DNA from: Thermoanaerobaculia bacterium
GTDB taxonomy: Bacteria > Acidobacteriota > Thermoanaerobaculia > Multivoradales > Multivoraceae
Reading direction: 5' to 3'
DNA length: 64,000 bases
Assembly (NCBI GenBank): GCA_963664405.1
Contig: OY761158.1
Span: forward strand, 2,336,001-2,400,000
The notes under the pieces are model-generated. The model was not told the origin of the DNA, ran no database searches, and saw only the letters and a program-made list of their open reading frames with translations. The position numbers and the translations under genes are program-made. Shown here piece after piece: positions 26,911 to 37,397 of the stretch. Each line of letters begins with the position of its first letter. Position 1 is the stretch's first letter.

Positions 26911-28302
26911 TCAGTCAACGTACCCCATCGCCCGCAACGCATCCAGATTGTCGTCTGCTCCTCCGTCCGCGTCGACGGGGGGATTCGCGCGAGTCCATCC
27001 GCGCAGCTCGGCCCGCAACCGACGGAGCTCCTCCCTGCGCTCTTCAGCCAGGTTTCTCTCCTCCCCGGGATCCGCGACGAGATCGAAGAGTCGCAGACGC
27101 TCGGGATCCGCTGCCCCGTCACGGCTGGTGCGAGCGAGGAGCCGCCAGCGCCCATCCTGCACGCTGAGGTGACGCCGGGTCGGCGTACCCGCCTCGGAGA
27201 AGGCATATCGAAATGAACCGTTGTCGGCTTCCGGCTCTTGCCGCGAGGGCGCCAGGAGGGTGAGCAGGCTCCGGCCTTCCAGATCTCGAGGCGCGGATCC
27301 GGGCGCGGCAATCTCCGCCAAGGTCGGAAAGAGGTCAAGCAGCTCAACCGGGCTCGAGATGCGCTCGCCGGCGGCAAGAACACCTGGGAAGGACACGATC
27401 AGAGGGACATGAGCGCAGACGTTGTACGGAACGCCGCTATGTCGGAAGTAGGTCTCGTGCTCGCCGAGGGCCTCGCCGTGATCGGAGGTGAAGACCACGA
27501 GCGCTTCGTCGAGCAGGCCGAGGTCCCTGGCAAAGCTCAAGATCTCGCCGATGTGGCGATCCGCCACCTGGATATTGGCATCGTACTGTGCAACATAATG
27601 ACCCAGGCGGCGCTCGTCGCCGAGAGCTCTGGCGCGGCTGAGACGACCCTCGACTACCTCATCACCTTGATCGAGGGCGTCGCCGAGAAAGGGGTTCTCG
27701 ACCCCGTCCGGGAGGATGTAGGGAGTGTGAGGATCGGAGTAGTGGATCCAAACAAAGAGCTTGTCGGCGTCGACGTGGCGCTTGAGCTGGGAACGTGCCA
27801 AGGCGTTCACCAGGGGTGCCTGCACCCTCGGCCGGTTCGCGATCGGGTCGTCGGTCGACGGCTGAGAGCTCCAGGTTTCGAGGTATTCGTCAAAGCCTTG
27901 ATCCCAGCCTAGATCGCCCTCCAGAATCGGGTTCGAAACCGTTGCGAGGGTGGTGAAACCGGCCTCCTGAAGAGTCTCCGGGAGGGTCCTGAACGAGGCC
28001 TCCAAACGCGCCGCGGCTCGATGGGTCAGTCCAGAGGTGCGTGGGTAGAGACCCGTGAATATGGACGCGAACGACGGCGTAGTCTTGGGCCACTGGGCGA
28101 TCGCTCTCTCGAAGACCGTACCGCTTGCGGCAAGCTCATCGAGATTAGGCGAGGTAGCCCTGGGGTACCCGAAGTGGCCGAGATGATCGGCGCGGAGCGT
28201 ATCGACGGTGATGAAGAAAATCCGCCTGGGAACAGGCAGAGCTTCAGGCGGTCGAGCACACCCCAGGATGCCGAGAAGGAGAAGCGAGATCCAACGGAGC
28301 AA
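26911..28302 (-). CDS. Sulfatase-like lipoprotein
   Basis: Lipobox ILGC; ITVDTLRADH, PKTTPSFASIFTG, HYSDPHTPY, TSDHGE, LRAMGYVD. Confidence 0.88.
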   Translation of the reverse strand: MLRWISLLLLGILGCARPPEALPVPRRIFFITVDTLRADHLGHFGYPRATSPNLDELAASGTVFERAIAQWPKTTPSFASIFTGLYPRTSGLTHRAAARLEASFRTLPETLQEAGFTTLATVSNPILEGDLGWDQGFDEYLETWSSQPSTDDPIANRPRVQAPLVNALARSQLKRHVDADKLFVWIHYSDPHTPYILPDGVENPFLGDALDQGDEVVEGRLSRARALGDERRLGHYVAQYDANIQVADRHIGEILSFARDLGLLDEALVVFTSDHGEALGEHETYFRHSGVPYNVCAHVPLIVSFPGVLAAGERISSPVELLDLFPTLAEIAAPGSAPRDLEGRSLLTLLAPSRQEPEADNGSFRYAFSEAGTPTRRHLSVQDGRWRLLARTSRDGAADPERLRLFDLVADPGEERNLAEERREELRRLRAELRGWTRANPPVDADGGADDNLDALRAMGYVD

Positions 28303-28313
28303 GCCTCACCTGT

Positions 28314-29699
28314 TCACGGTCGGAGCTCGAACAACAGATCGCTGTACTCCCAGCCGAGGGACGGCACGTGGATTTCGAAGAGCGGGTCGGAGAACTTCAT
28401 CTCCCACTTCCCCTGCAGGGTGTCGATCGGTCCGGTGATCGCCTTCGATATATCGACCTTGATGCTGCCGCCGCCGCTGATAGTCAGGCGCCAGATGCCC
28501 GCCTTCGCATCGTAGCGGTACGTAACCCTGTAGGTAGCCCCCTTTGACAGCGAGGCCGAAGTCCCTTTCTTGGAGGTCACACCCTTGCTGAGATCAATGG
28601 TAATGGCGTTGGTGACGACGTTCTTACCCGGACCGCGGGCAGTGGTAAAGGCATAGGTGTCGCCGTTGAAGGAACCGTTCCTGGAGATCGAGAAAATTCG
28701 GTGAATTCCGTCGCGTTGCTTGCTGTACCAGCCTCCGTGCTTGACCTCGAAGCTGACAAAGATCTCTGAATAGCTCCGGTTCGCGGGCACACCGATATTC
28801 TGTGTCAGTAGTGGCCGACTCGCGCTGGGAGCGAAAAACTTGCCACCGCGGGTAAAGCGAAAGACCTTGGTCGCGGGTGTCGGGCCGCCGCCGGATGGCC
28901 CGTCCGGTTCCGGTTCCGGATCGGGGTCGGGACCCGGTGTCGTTCCCGGACTGCCCAGTACGAAGGCATCCTCGAGGCTCGATGAGGGGGTGTTGAAGCC
29001 CACGTAGCCAGGAGCGAGGCCTACCGTACGACCAAAGACGAAATAGTTCTGGTCACACGAAATCTCGATTCTCACGTCAGAGACCGGCGAGTTGCCCGCC
29101 AAACCCCCTGGGACATTGGGGAAAAAGTCGAAGGAGAGAGGCGAGACCAAGAGTCCAAATGTCGGGCCGAGCTGCGTTCCATCGGAGGCATAGCCGGCCG
29201 CGTTGCAAACAGTCTCCACTCCGCCAAGATTGATCAGCCCGAAATCGCCCAGGAAATCGGGGGAAGACATCAGCGATGCCACCTCGGTAGCTATGCCGCC
29301 GGGAATCAAGTTGGTAACGTCGATGACCGGCACTTGTGCGCCCCGAACCTGGGTCGATCCGTCGGCCGTTTTCAGCCGCGCCGAGACCCGCAACAGTGGA
29401 GAGCCCTGGAATTGAAGGAGCCCTACTCCCGGGGGTCCCATGACCACTCTCGTTTTCCCAGCACCGACAGCGATCGGACCGAAGGGCTCTCCCTCTTGTA
29501 GGGTCCCGTCGCTACCCTCCTCGAGAACGAGGCCGATGAAGACTCGGGTGACCTCGTCATGGTTGGCGATGCTCAATTGGAGCGAAGTTCCATCACCCGG
29601 CAAGGAGGTCATGGGGATGTAGACCACCTGGGCGACGCAGATAGAGGGCAGAACGATCGCGGCCAAGATCGCCACCAGCCAGGTTCGCTTTAAATGCAT
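28314..29699 (-). CDS. Secreted hypothetical protein with Pro-rich linker
   Basis: Signal peptide; two beta-rich domains separated by PGPDPDPEPEPDGP. Confidence 0.75.
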   Translation of the reverse strand: MHLKRTWLVAILAAIVLPSICVAQVVYIPMTSLPGDGTSLQLSIANHDEVTRVFIGLVLEEGSDGTLQEGEPFGPIAVGAGKTRVVMGPPGVGLLQFQGSPLLRVSARLKTADGSTQVRGAQVPVIDVTNLIPGGIATEVASLMSSPDFLGDFGLINLGGVETVCNAAGYASDGTQLGPTFGLLVSPLSFDFFPNVPGGLAGNSPVSDVRIEISCDQNYFVFGRTVGLAPGYVGFNTPSSSLEDAFVLGSPGTTPGPDPDPEPEPDGPSGGGPTPATKVFRFTRGGKFFAPSASRPLLTQNIGVPANRSYSEIFVSFEVKHGGWYSKQRDGIHRIFSISRNGSFNGDTYAFTTARGPGKNVVTNAITIDLSKGVTSKKGTSASLSKGATYRVTYRYDAKAGIWRLTISGGGSIKVDISKAITGPIDTLQGKWEMKFSDPLFEIHVPSLGWEYSDLLFELRP

Positions 29700-29829
29700 T
29701 GGAGCCCTCGTCGGTTGGTCCCGAGACAGGGGAAGTTTACCTTAGTAGCAGGGAAGCACAAATACCCTTGATAAAAGACTTTTTCCAACATCGGGCAAAC
29801 AAGAACAACTTGATCGAGCCACTCTTGCA

Positions 29830-30270
29830 TCACCGAGCCAGCCTCGGAAACATCGCCGGTTGATGAAAGTCGGGACTCAGCCCCGGCAGTGGGTGAGCGG
29901 CCAGATATCGGCGCCGCTCGCCCTGGCCGTGGATCGCGAACGCGTTCGCCCGCCAGGGGCGTCCGGGTAGGTGGTCGGCATCGAGAGTCGCGTTTCCACT
30001 CCAGCGATTCTCTTTCTTTTCGGCAGAGAAGTCGAGGTAGCGCGTAGCATCGTCGTCCGCCGCCAGAAAGAGCTCCACGACCTCGAAGTTCCAAAGACCT
30101 TCGGTCGACTCCGGCGGCCCTGAGGGAGGCGGGTCGCTCCAAAAGGGGGCTTCTACTGCGAGTTGGAGACGACGATCATCCCAAGACAGGTCGATCGACG
30201 CCTGCAGGTCTGCGTCGACCGCAGCACCGCTCCAGGATTTTCCAATGAGTAGGCGGGCTTCGCTCATCAT
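29830..30270 (-). CDS. C4orf33/UPF0462-like protein, possibly internally deleted
   Basis: APFWSDPP, LWNFEVVELF, NAFAIHG and PDFH motifs recalled from the UPF0462 family. Confidence 0.55.
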   Translation of the reverse strand: MMSEARLLIGKSWSGAAVDADLQASIDLSWDDRRLQLAVEAPFWSDPPPSGPPESTEGLWNFEVVELFLAADDDATRYLDFSAEKKENRWSGNATLDADHLPGRPWRANAFAIHGQGERRRYLAAHPLPGLSPDFHQPAMFPRLAR

Positions 30271-30491
30271 CACTCGCGTCTTGTGGCCCACTCGGTGGAT
30301 GGACGCAGTCGGCTTCGACGCCAAAAGAAGCAATGCAGAAAACTGAATCGGGGCGACGGGTTCAGTTTATTGGACTACCGCTATCCAAGAAAGTGAACAA
30401 CTCACCTCTCTCCGCTATTCCAACTCTCTGAGGAAGGCGACAGGCCCTTTCAAATCAGCCCTTTGCGGATCTCGATCGTGGAGTTGCATGC

Positions 30492-30507
30492 TGGCACCAA
30501 ACCTGCT
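30492..30507 (+). promoter_or_regulatory. Putative sigma54 (-24/-12) promoter for the TonB receptor
   Basis: TGGCAC-CAAAC-CTGCT versus consensus TGGCAC-N5-TTGC, about 170 bp upstream of ATG 30674. Confidence 0.5.
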
Positions 30508-30673
30508 CTGTTAGTTCCTAACATATCCCGTTATCAGAGGTCGAGTAAAGAATGACGACCTCGTGGATGGCTGTCGGTGGGGCTCCATCGGAGCCGATAT
30601 TAATTTGACCTGGCACGTGTCCGGCTTCCGGAATGAGGTCGCAGAGCCAGGATCACTTACGAGAGGAGAAAGA

Positions 30674-33600
30674 ATGAAAGGTGCAGCAGTTGGAGCTCTG
30701 GCCTTCCTTTTAGTCACCCCGATAGCCGTCGCGGATACGCCCGTGACCGGCATTGTGGCCGGTAAGGTCACGGACGCGAGCGATACGACCCTTCCCGGCG
30801 TGACCGTGAGCATCGAGGGCGATCGCGGCAAGACAACGGTCTTCACCGAGGACGACGGCACCTTCCGCTTCGTCCTTCTGCCGCCCGGCTCGTATCTGGT
30901 ACGAGCGGAGCTGTCCGGCTTCGGCGCCAGCCAGGGAACGGCCCAGCTCTCAGCGGGAGGCAGGGTTCAGCTCGACCTCAAGCTGGCACTGGAGACCGCA
31001 GAGACCATCACCGTCACCTCGGAGGCCCCAGTCATCGACCGCTTTGAAGTGACCGCGGGCGGGACGGTGTCGCACGAGGTCTCCTAGATGGTGACCTCTT
31101 CCAACGCCACCTATTGGTCAGTTGTAGCGGTGATGCCGGGGGTTTCCCAGGACGGCGATCTCACTGACGACCAGGCCGTTGTCAATGGATCTCGCTTTAC
31201 CGAGAGCAGTGTCTTCATCGACGGTGTCGACACCACCTACGCGCGCCGCGGCGGCTCCCGCATGTGGCTTCCGGATGTGTCCACTACCGAGGTCAGCATG
31301 CAGTCGGCCGGCTCCAGCGCCGAGTTCGGCCGGGCCGTGGGCTCGACCACCAGCGTCATCACCAAGTCGGGCACCAATGTCTTCCACGGCGAGGCGAGCT
31401 TCTTGCACCAGGAAGGAAACTGGGTGTCGGAGTACAGCGAGCATCCGGAGCTCCTCGGTCGCGAGAGCTGCCTCGAAGCTTTCGCTCGCAACGACCCCGC
31501 GGACCTCGCCAACCGGCCCAACTGCACCGCGGACTTCTTCGTGCGCAGTCCCGAGGAAAAGGATCTTTCGACGGACACGGTCCAGAGTGCCTTGGGCGGC
31601 CCCATCGCGAAAGACAAGGCGTGGTTTTTTCTCTCCTTCGGCCAGATCGATAGTTTCACCGCCAGGAAAACCTTCGCCGGGGACCTCGTCCGGCTCAGTG
31701 CCGAGATCGATTCCAAGATGGTCAAGCTGAACTTCCAGCCCGCTCCTTCACACTCCCTCAACGCCTCCTACATCGGAACGCCGATGAGACTCCCGTTCCT
31801 TCTCGGCACCCTTCCTGCGGATAAGTACGGCGCGACCATCCACGATTTCGGCGGCGATCTGGTCAACCTCACCTGGAATTGGTCGCAATCGTCGAAGCTG
31901 TTTCTCGAGACCAAGATCGCAGCTCAAGCATCGGACGAGGACAAGTACCTCAACGCCGGCGATGGCCTCTCTCTCGATTCGGCAATCGCCGAAAAACAGC
32001 AGGACCCCCGCTACCCCGGCAACCCGGCCGCCGGTCAAGCCTGGCCGGGGAACAACTTCTCCGCCTACTTCGACGGGCTCGGAGAGGATCATCAGTGGAA
32101 CGGCTGGTGGCTCGACAACGGCTTCGGCACCAATGAATACCCGCGCGATCAGTTCAATACCAAGCTCACCTGGTTCGCCAAGGAGCACGACGTCATGTTC
32201 GGGCTCGACTGGCAGGAGACCCAGTGGGACCAGGACCTTCAGCACAACGACACGTATACCGGCCCGATCTTCGATGCCTTCTCGGCAACCGGCTTCGAGA
32301 GCTGCAGCCTCATCTTCGGCAACGTCTGCACCTATTTTGATGTGAGTCCACCTGAGTTTGAAGGGCAGTCCCCGATCGCAGGCAGTTCTAGTGAGAATGT
32401 CGCCTTCTTCGTCCGCGACCGGTTCTCGGCCGGCGATCACTGGGCGTTCAACCTCGGTTTCAGAGTGGAGGACCAGAGCCACACTAACGACGTCGGCCGC
32501 ACTGTGATCGACTCCACCGATGTGGCTCCGCGCCTCCAGGTCACCTACGACGTCCATGGCGACGGCAAAATGCTCGCCAGTGTCAATGTCGGGCGGACCT
32601 ACCAGCACCTCGGCCTCGACATCACCAACTCGTTTCTGCTCGAAGGGTGGAATGGAGTCAACGCCTATGACCAGTTCGTCGCTTGCGAAGGCTTCGACCG
32701 TTTCTTCTTGCCATTCTGCGCCTTCTACGGGGATGGATACACTGTCCCCATAGCCAGACTTCGCCCAGGCACCATGTGGCAGCAGGTGGATGCCGGAATC
32801 TTCGATGTCGACATCGACCCCTATTACAAAGACGAGATCGTCCTCGGCTTCGAGTGGAGCGTCACTCGCAACTGGCTCTTAGACGTCAAGGGGATCTACT
32901 ACGAGCTCGGCAACCCCATCGGCTCGACCGAGCAGATACTGCCCAACGGCGACATCTTCCTGCTCACCGAGAACTACAAAGACTACCCCAAGGTCCTCGG
33001 TAGTCTGGGCGTCGTCGACCCCCAGGTGTTGGCGAACTTCGAAGAGGGGGTACGAGAGTACGAGGCCATCCAGCTTCAGTTCAACCGCCGCTACCGCAAC
33101 AATTGGGCCCTCTATAACAACATCACCATCCAGGATGCGACGGGGCACTACCATGGCGGTCTGTTCGACGACACTACCGCCAGCTACGGTGAGTCCCTCC
33201 AGGCGACGCTTCAACCGTTCCACATCGACGAGTGTCAGGCGCTGCAGGACGGCGTGCCCCCCACCCTCACGAATCCTTTTAATCAGCCGCGCACCCATCC
33301 AGTCGACTGCGCTGCCGCTCTGGGCCCCCACCTCGGACAGCCGCTCTCCACCATCAACCGCTACGGTTCTCTGCCCGAGGTCCACGACGTGGTGATCAAG
33401 AGCTTCGGCTTCAAGAATTGGTTCCTGGGTGGCAGCGACAAGCACATTCTGAGTATCGGCGGCTTCTTCGCGTGGGAGTCCGGCAAGCCTTGGGAGCGGA
33501 CCGAGAGTCTCGAGTTTGCCCTCGGTTGTGACATCGACGGCTTTCTGTGCACCCCGGAACAAAACACCTTCGACAACGATGTCACTGTCTATCTGCAAGA

Positions 33601-33829
33601 GCGCGGGTCGCAATCGGCGTTCAACGAGGTCTGGGATCTCGACCTTTTCGGCACCTGGACCTTCCCGATCCAAAACCGGCTGACCGGGAACATACGGCTC
33701 GAAGTCAACAATCTCTTCGACGAGCAGAAGCTGCAGAGGATCTCGGGTCGGGGCGAGGTCGGTACCTCGCGAGAGATCAGCTACCAGAATCCACGTGAGT
33801 TCCGCATGTTGGTCGGATTCGGTTTCTAG
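30674..33829 (+). CDS. TonB-dependent receptor (Oar-like, carboxypeptidase-regulatory N-domain) with in-frame TAG at 31085-31087
   Basis: RBS GAGGAG and signal peptide; LPGVTV, ETITVT, FIDGVD, ITKSGTN.FHG, LGGPI.KDKAWFF, APRL; ends in Phe. Both ORFs are in the same frame. Confidence 0.85.
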
Positions 33830-33842
33830 CGCGGAAGATTAA

Positions 33843-35684
33843 GTGCCTCAGGCCGGTCTCGGTGAGGCCGGCCTGGTACCTTCCGCCGCGGCTAGCCCTG
33901 TCCGCAGGCCTACGCTACGATGCCTGGTCTTGGTGTACGGGCGGACCATAGATTACAGACTTGCTTTCTCGCTGACCTTGGGCGTGGCCTGCATGGCAGG
34001 GTGCGCAACGGACCTCGGTCCTGACGGGACGAGCAGCTCGGCGCCGTCCGTGGTGGCCGACTCTGTCTCGTCCGGGTCTATCGCCACACCTCTCTTCACC
34101 GAGGTGACGTCGGATCTCGGCGTTGATTTCGAGCACCACGTGGGCTCGCATCAGAGATACATGATGCCGGCGGTGATGGGGGGTGGAGCAGCGGTCTTCG
34201 ACTACGACGACGACGGAGACCTCGATCTCTACCTCGTCGATTCGGGTCAGGTTCCGCGGCCGGAGGCGGTAGGGATTGCTACCTCGAACCGCCTCTACCG
34301 CCGAGAGGCCGGAGGTAATTTTACCGATGTGACCGCCGCCTCCGGCCTTGGAGAACCCGGCTACGGCATGGGCTGCGCCGTGGGGGACATCGACAACGAC
34401 GGTGACCTCGACCTCTACGTCACCAACTGGGGCGCCGACGTTCTCTATCGCAATCGGGGCGACGGCACCTTTGAAGACACGACGGCGGAGGCGGGGGTTG
34501 GCGACCGCGGCTGGTCCACGTCGGCAACCTTTTTCGACTACGACCGCGACGGCTACCTCGATCTCTTCGTCGCCCGCTACGTCAAGGACGACCCCAGCCA
34601 CATCTGTGTCGACGAGAGTGGCCGTCGGGAGTATTGCGGTCCCACTGCCTTCCCCGGAGTTGCCGACCTCCTCTATCGCAATCTGGGGGGCAGCCGATTC
34701 CAGGAAGAGAGCACTCTGGCGGGCCTGGCAACCGTGCAGGACGCCGGCCTCGGGGTCGTCGCCGCGGACTTCGACGACGATGGCTGGATCGACCTCTACG
34801 TCGCCAACGACGCCGATGCCAACAACCTGTGGCTGAATCAGGGAGACGGCACCTTCGTCGACAGTGCGATCGTTCTCGGCGCCGCCTACAATCTGCACGG
34901 CCTTTCCGAAGCGGGCATGGGAGTGACCGCCGGCGACGGCGACGGCGACGGCGATCTCGATCTCTTCGTCACTCACCTCATCGAAGAGACCAACACCTAC
35001 TACAGGAATATGGGGGGTGCCGGCTTCCAGGACGCCACCGCCGCGGTCAAGCTGGGTCTCGCGGGAATCAACTACACCGGCTTCGGCACGGCCTTTTTCG
35101 ACTACGACAATGACGGCGACTTGGATCTCGCGGTGGTCAACGGAGGGGTGAAGCGACGTTCCTCTTCTTTAGCCGGAGGTGAGGGCTTCTGGGGCGCCTA
35201 CGTAGAGCCGAACCAACTCTTCGCCAATCAAGGCGACGGCACCTTCGAGGACGCGAGTGCACAGGCAGGCTCCTACGCCACCGAGCTCGAGCTCAGCCGT
35301 GGCTTTGTGCCCGCCGATTTCGACGGCGACGGCGACCTCGATGTCCTGGTGACCAACCTCGGGGGTCCCGCACGTCTCTATCGCAACCAGGCCAGCGGAG
35401 GCCACTGGCTCGAGATCCGTCCGTTCCTCCCCAACCTCCGACGAGAGGCGGTGGGAGCCAAGGTCACTATCTTCACCGAGGCCGGCCGCTACGTACGCCA
35501 CTCCATTCCGCCGGGCGGCTACCTGACCAGCGGCCACGCTCGTATCCATCTCGGCCTCGGAGAAACAGATCGGATCCTCCGTTTCGAGGTTCGCTGGCCG
35601 AGCGGAGACGTCGAGACCTTCACAGGCGGCGAGGCGGATCGTGTCGTCGAGCTGCTCAAGGGAAGCGGCGTGAGCACACCATGA
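33843..35684 (+). CDS. CRTAC1 family protein (FG-GAP/VCBS plus ASPIC-UnbV); true start probably further downstream
   Basis: Repeated DYDxDGDLDL; C-terminal GAKV...GYL...HLGLG...VRWPSG; lipobox-like MAGC. Confidence 0.9.
   Translation: MPQAGLGEAGLVPSAAASPVRRPTLRCLVLVYGRTIDYRLAFSLTLGVACMAGCATDLGPDGTSSSAPSVVADSVSSGSIATPLFTEVTSDLGVDFEHHVGSHQRYMMPAVMGGGAAVFDYDDDGDLDLYLVDSGQVPRPEAVGIATSNRLYRREAGGNFTDVTAASGLGEPGYGMGCAVGDIDNDGDLDLYVTNWGADVLYRNRGDGTFEDTTAEAGVGDRGWSTSATFFDYDRDGYLDLFVARYVKDDPSHICVDESGRREYCGPTAFPGVADLLYRNLGGSRFQEESTLAGLATVQDAGLGVVAADFDDDGWIDLYVANDADANNLWLNQGDGTFVDSAIVLGAAYNLHGLSEAGMGVTAGDGDGDGDLDLFVTHLIEETNTYYRNMGGAGFQDATAAVKLGLAGINYTGFGTAFFDYDNDGDLDLAVVNGGVKRRSSSLAGGEGFWGAYVEPNQLFANQGDGTFEDASAQAGSYATELELSRGFVPADFDGDGDLDVLVTNLGGPARLYRNQASGGHWLEIRPFLPNLRREAVGAKVTIFTEAGRYVRHSIPPGGYLTSGHARIHLGLGETDRILRFEVRWPSGDVETFTGGEADRVVELLKGSGVSTP
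33849..33875. terminator. GC-rich hairpin after the TonB receptor gene
   Basis: CAGGCCGGTCTC-GGT-GAGGCCGGCCTG; no U-tract. Confidence 0.4.
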
Positions 35685-37396
35685 TCTACCGCAGACTCAC
35701 TCTCCCGCCGGCCCTGCTTCTGCTCCTGCTGTGTAGCTGCAGCGGTCCTGAAGCTGAGATCCCTGTCCCCGACCTCAGTGCCGCCGAGCCTCGGGTCCGC
35801 GAGCGGATCACTCGGCTGGGAGACGAGGTCCACACAGCGCCGCGGGATGGCGAGGGCTGGGGAGCCTACGGGAAAGCCCTCGAAGCTCACGGTTTTCTCG
35901 AGCCGGCACAGATCGCCTACGGTCACGCGATCGAGCTCGACCCCGACGACTTTCGCTGGCCGTATTTTCTTGCCGCCCTCCTCGACGCTACCGATCCAAC
36001 TACCGCCGTCGTCTGGTATCTCCGCGCCATCGCTCTCGATCCCGACTACGCACCGGCCCGCATTCGAATCGCGCAGACACTCGAGAAGCTGGCGCGCGAC
36101 GACGAGGCCTGGGAGCAATACCTGAGAGCCTCCGATCTCGAGCCCGACAACCCCTTCGGCCCCCTGGGTCTGGGCCAGATCGCTTTACGGCGTAACGACC
36201 TCGAGAGGGCCCTCCACGAGATCGAGCGAGCCTATGAGATCGATCCCGAGATCCACGCGGTAGTAGCCGCTCTGGCCCAAGCCCTCCATCGCTCCGGCGA
36301 GCTCGGGCGGGCCCAAAGCCTGGCGCAAGGAGCAGCGGAGCTACCGCGCATCACCTATCGGCGCGATCCTCGCCGGGCGGAGATTCAAAGTGAGGCGGTG
36401 GATGCGAGGAGCCATCTGAGAAGAGCGGTGACCTACCGCGATGTCGGACAGCTCGAGCAGGCACTGCGGGAGGCCCAGGCCGGTCTCGCGGTCTCCCCTG
36501 ACCTCGCTGAAGGCCACTACCTTGCCGCCGAGATCCATGCCCGGCTGGGCGACCACGATGCTGCGAGGGCGGCCGCGAGCCGGGGTCTCGAGCTGGCCCC
36601 CGACCGCGCCGGAGGACGAGCCGAGCTCGCCAAGGCCCTCCACGCTCTCGGCCGCTACGACGAAGCCGAGCGCGAGGCCCTGCTCGCCCTCGAGTCGGAC
36701 CCGAGCGCCGCCACGATGGAGGTCATCGTCGCCGAAGCGCTGGCTCGGAAGGGCCAGCTCGAGGCGGCAATCGAGCGCCTCCAAGTCGCCGTACCGGCGC
36801 GCCCAGAGGAGACATCGTGGGCCCGCATGCTAGCCGGAGTCCTGACCGACGCCGAGCGACCGGAAGAAGCAAGAGAAGTGCTCGAAGGGCTGATCGAGAG
36901 CCATCCCCAGCTCGCCGAGGCCTGGACCGACCTCGGCTTCGTCACCCTCCGGCTCGGCAACAATCGTCAGGCGCTGGCCGCCTTCGAGCGTGCCGCCACT
37001 TTCGACCCTACGCCTCGCGATACCCTGCCCGGCCTGGTCCAGACCCTGCTTCTCACCAGCGGGCCAGAGGTTGCGGAACGACGCATGGAAGCCAGGCTAG
37101 AAGAGCGGCCCGCCGACCACTCGGCGCGGCTGCTATTCGCCGACCTCTTGGCTGGCCGCAATCGCTTCGAGGAAGCGACCGTCCAAATTCAGCGCGTGCT
37201 CGAACAGGTTCCGCGGCGCGCCGACGCCTGGATTCAGCTCGGCTACGTGAATCTTCACAACCGGCGCCCCGAAGAGGCTACGGCGGCCTTCGAGCACGCT
37301 CAGAAAATCGCACCTGCCCCCGAGGTTCGGGCCGCCGCCGCTCGGGGAGCGGCCGAGGCTCGCGCAGCGCTCGACCGCGGCACAGGGCCGCGCTGA
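35681..37396 (+). CDS. Tetratricopeptide repeat lipoprotein
   Basis: Lipobox-like CSC; tandem TPRs (AIELDP, AIALDP, LEPDN); ATGA overlap. Confidence 0.88.
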   Translation: MIYRRLTLPPALLLLLLCSCSGPEAEIPVPDLSAAEPRVRERITRLGDEVHTAPRDGEGWGAYGKALEAHGFLEPAQIAYGHAIELDPDDFRWPYFLAALLDATDPTTAVVWYLRAIALDPDYAPARIRIAQTLEKLARDDEAWEQYLRASDLEPDNPFGPLGLGQIALRRNDLERALHEIERAYEIDPEIHAVVAALAQALHRSGELGRAQSLAQGAAELPRITYRRDPRRAEIQSEAVDARSHLRRAVTYRDVGQLEQALREAQAGLAVSPDLAEGHYLAAEIHARLGDHDAARAAASRGLELAPDRAGGRAELAKALHALGRYDEAEREALLALESDPSAATMEVIVAEALARKGQLEAAIERLQVAVPARPEETSWARMLAGVLTDAERPEEAREVLEGLIESHPQLAEAWTDLGFVTLRLGNNRQALAAFERAATFDPTPRDTLPGLVQTLLLTSGPEVAERRMEARLEERPADHSARLLFADLLAGRNRFEEATVQIQRVLEQVPRRADAWIQLGYVNLHNRRPEEATAAFEHAQKIAPAPEVRAAAARGAAEARAALDRGTGPR

Positions 37397-37397
37397 C

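Noticed and set aside
31085-31087. Pyrrolysine or genome-wide TAG recoding
   Set aside because: TAG ends many genes at their expected C-termini here, and no pyl genes were seen.
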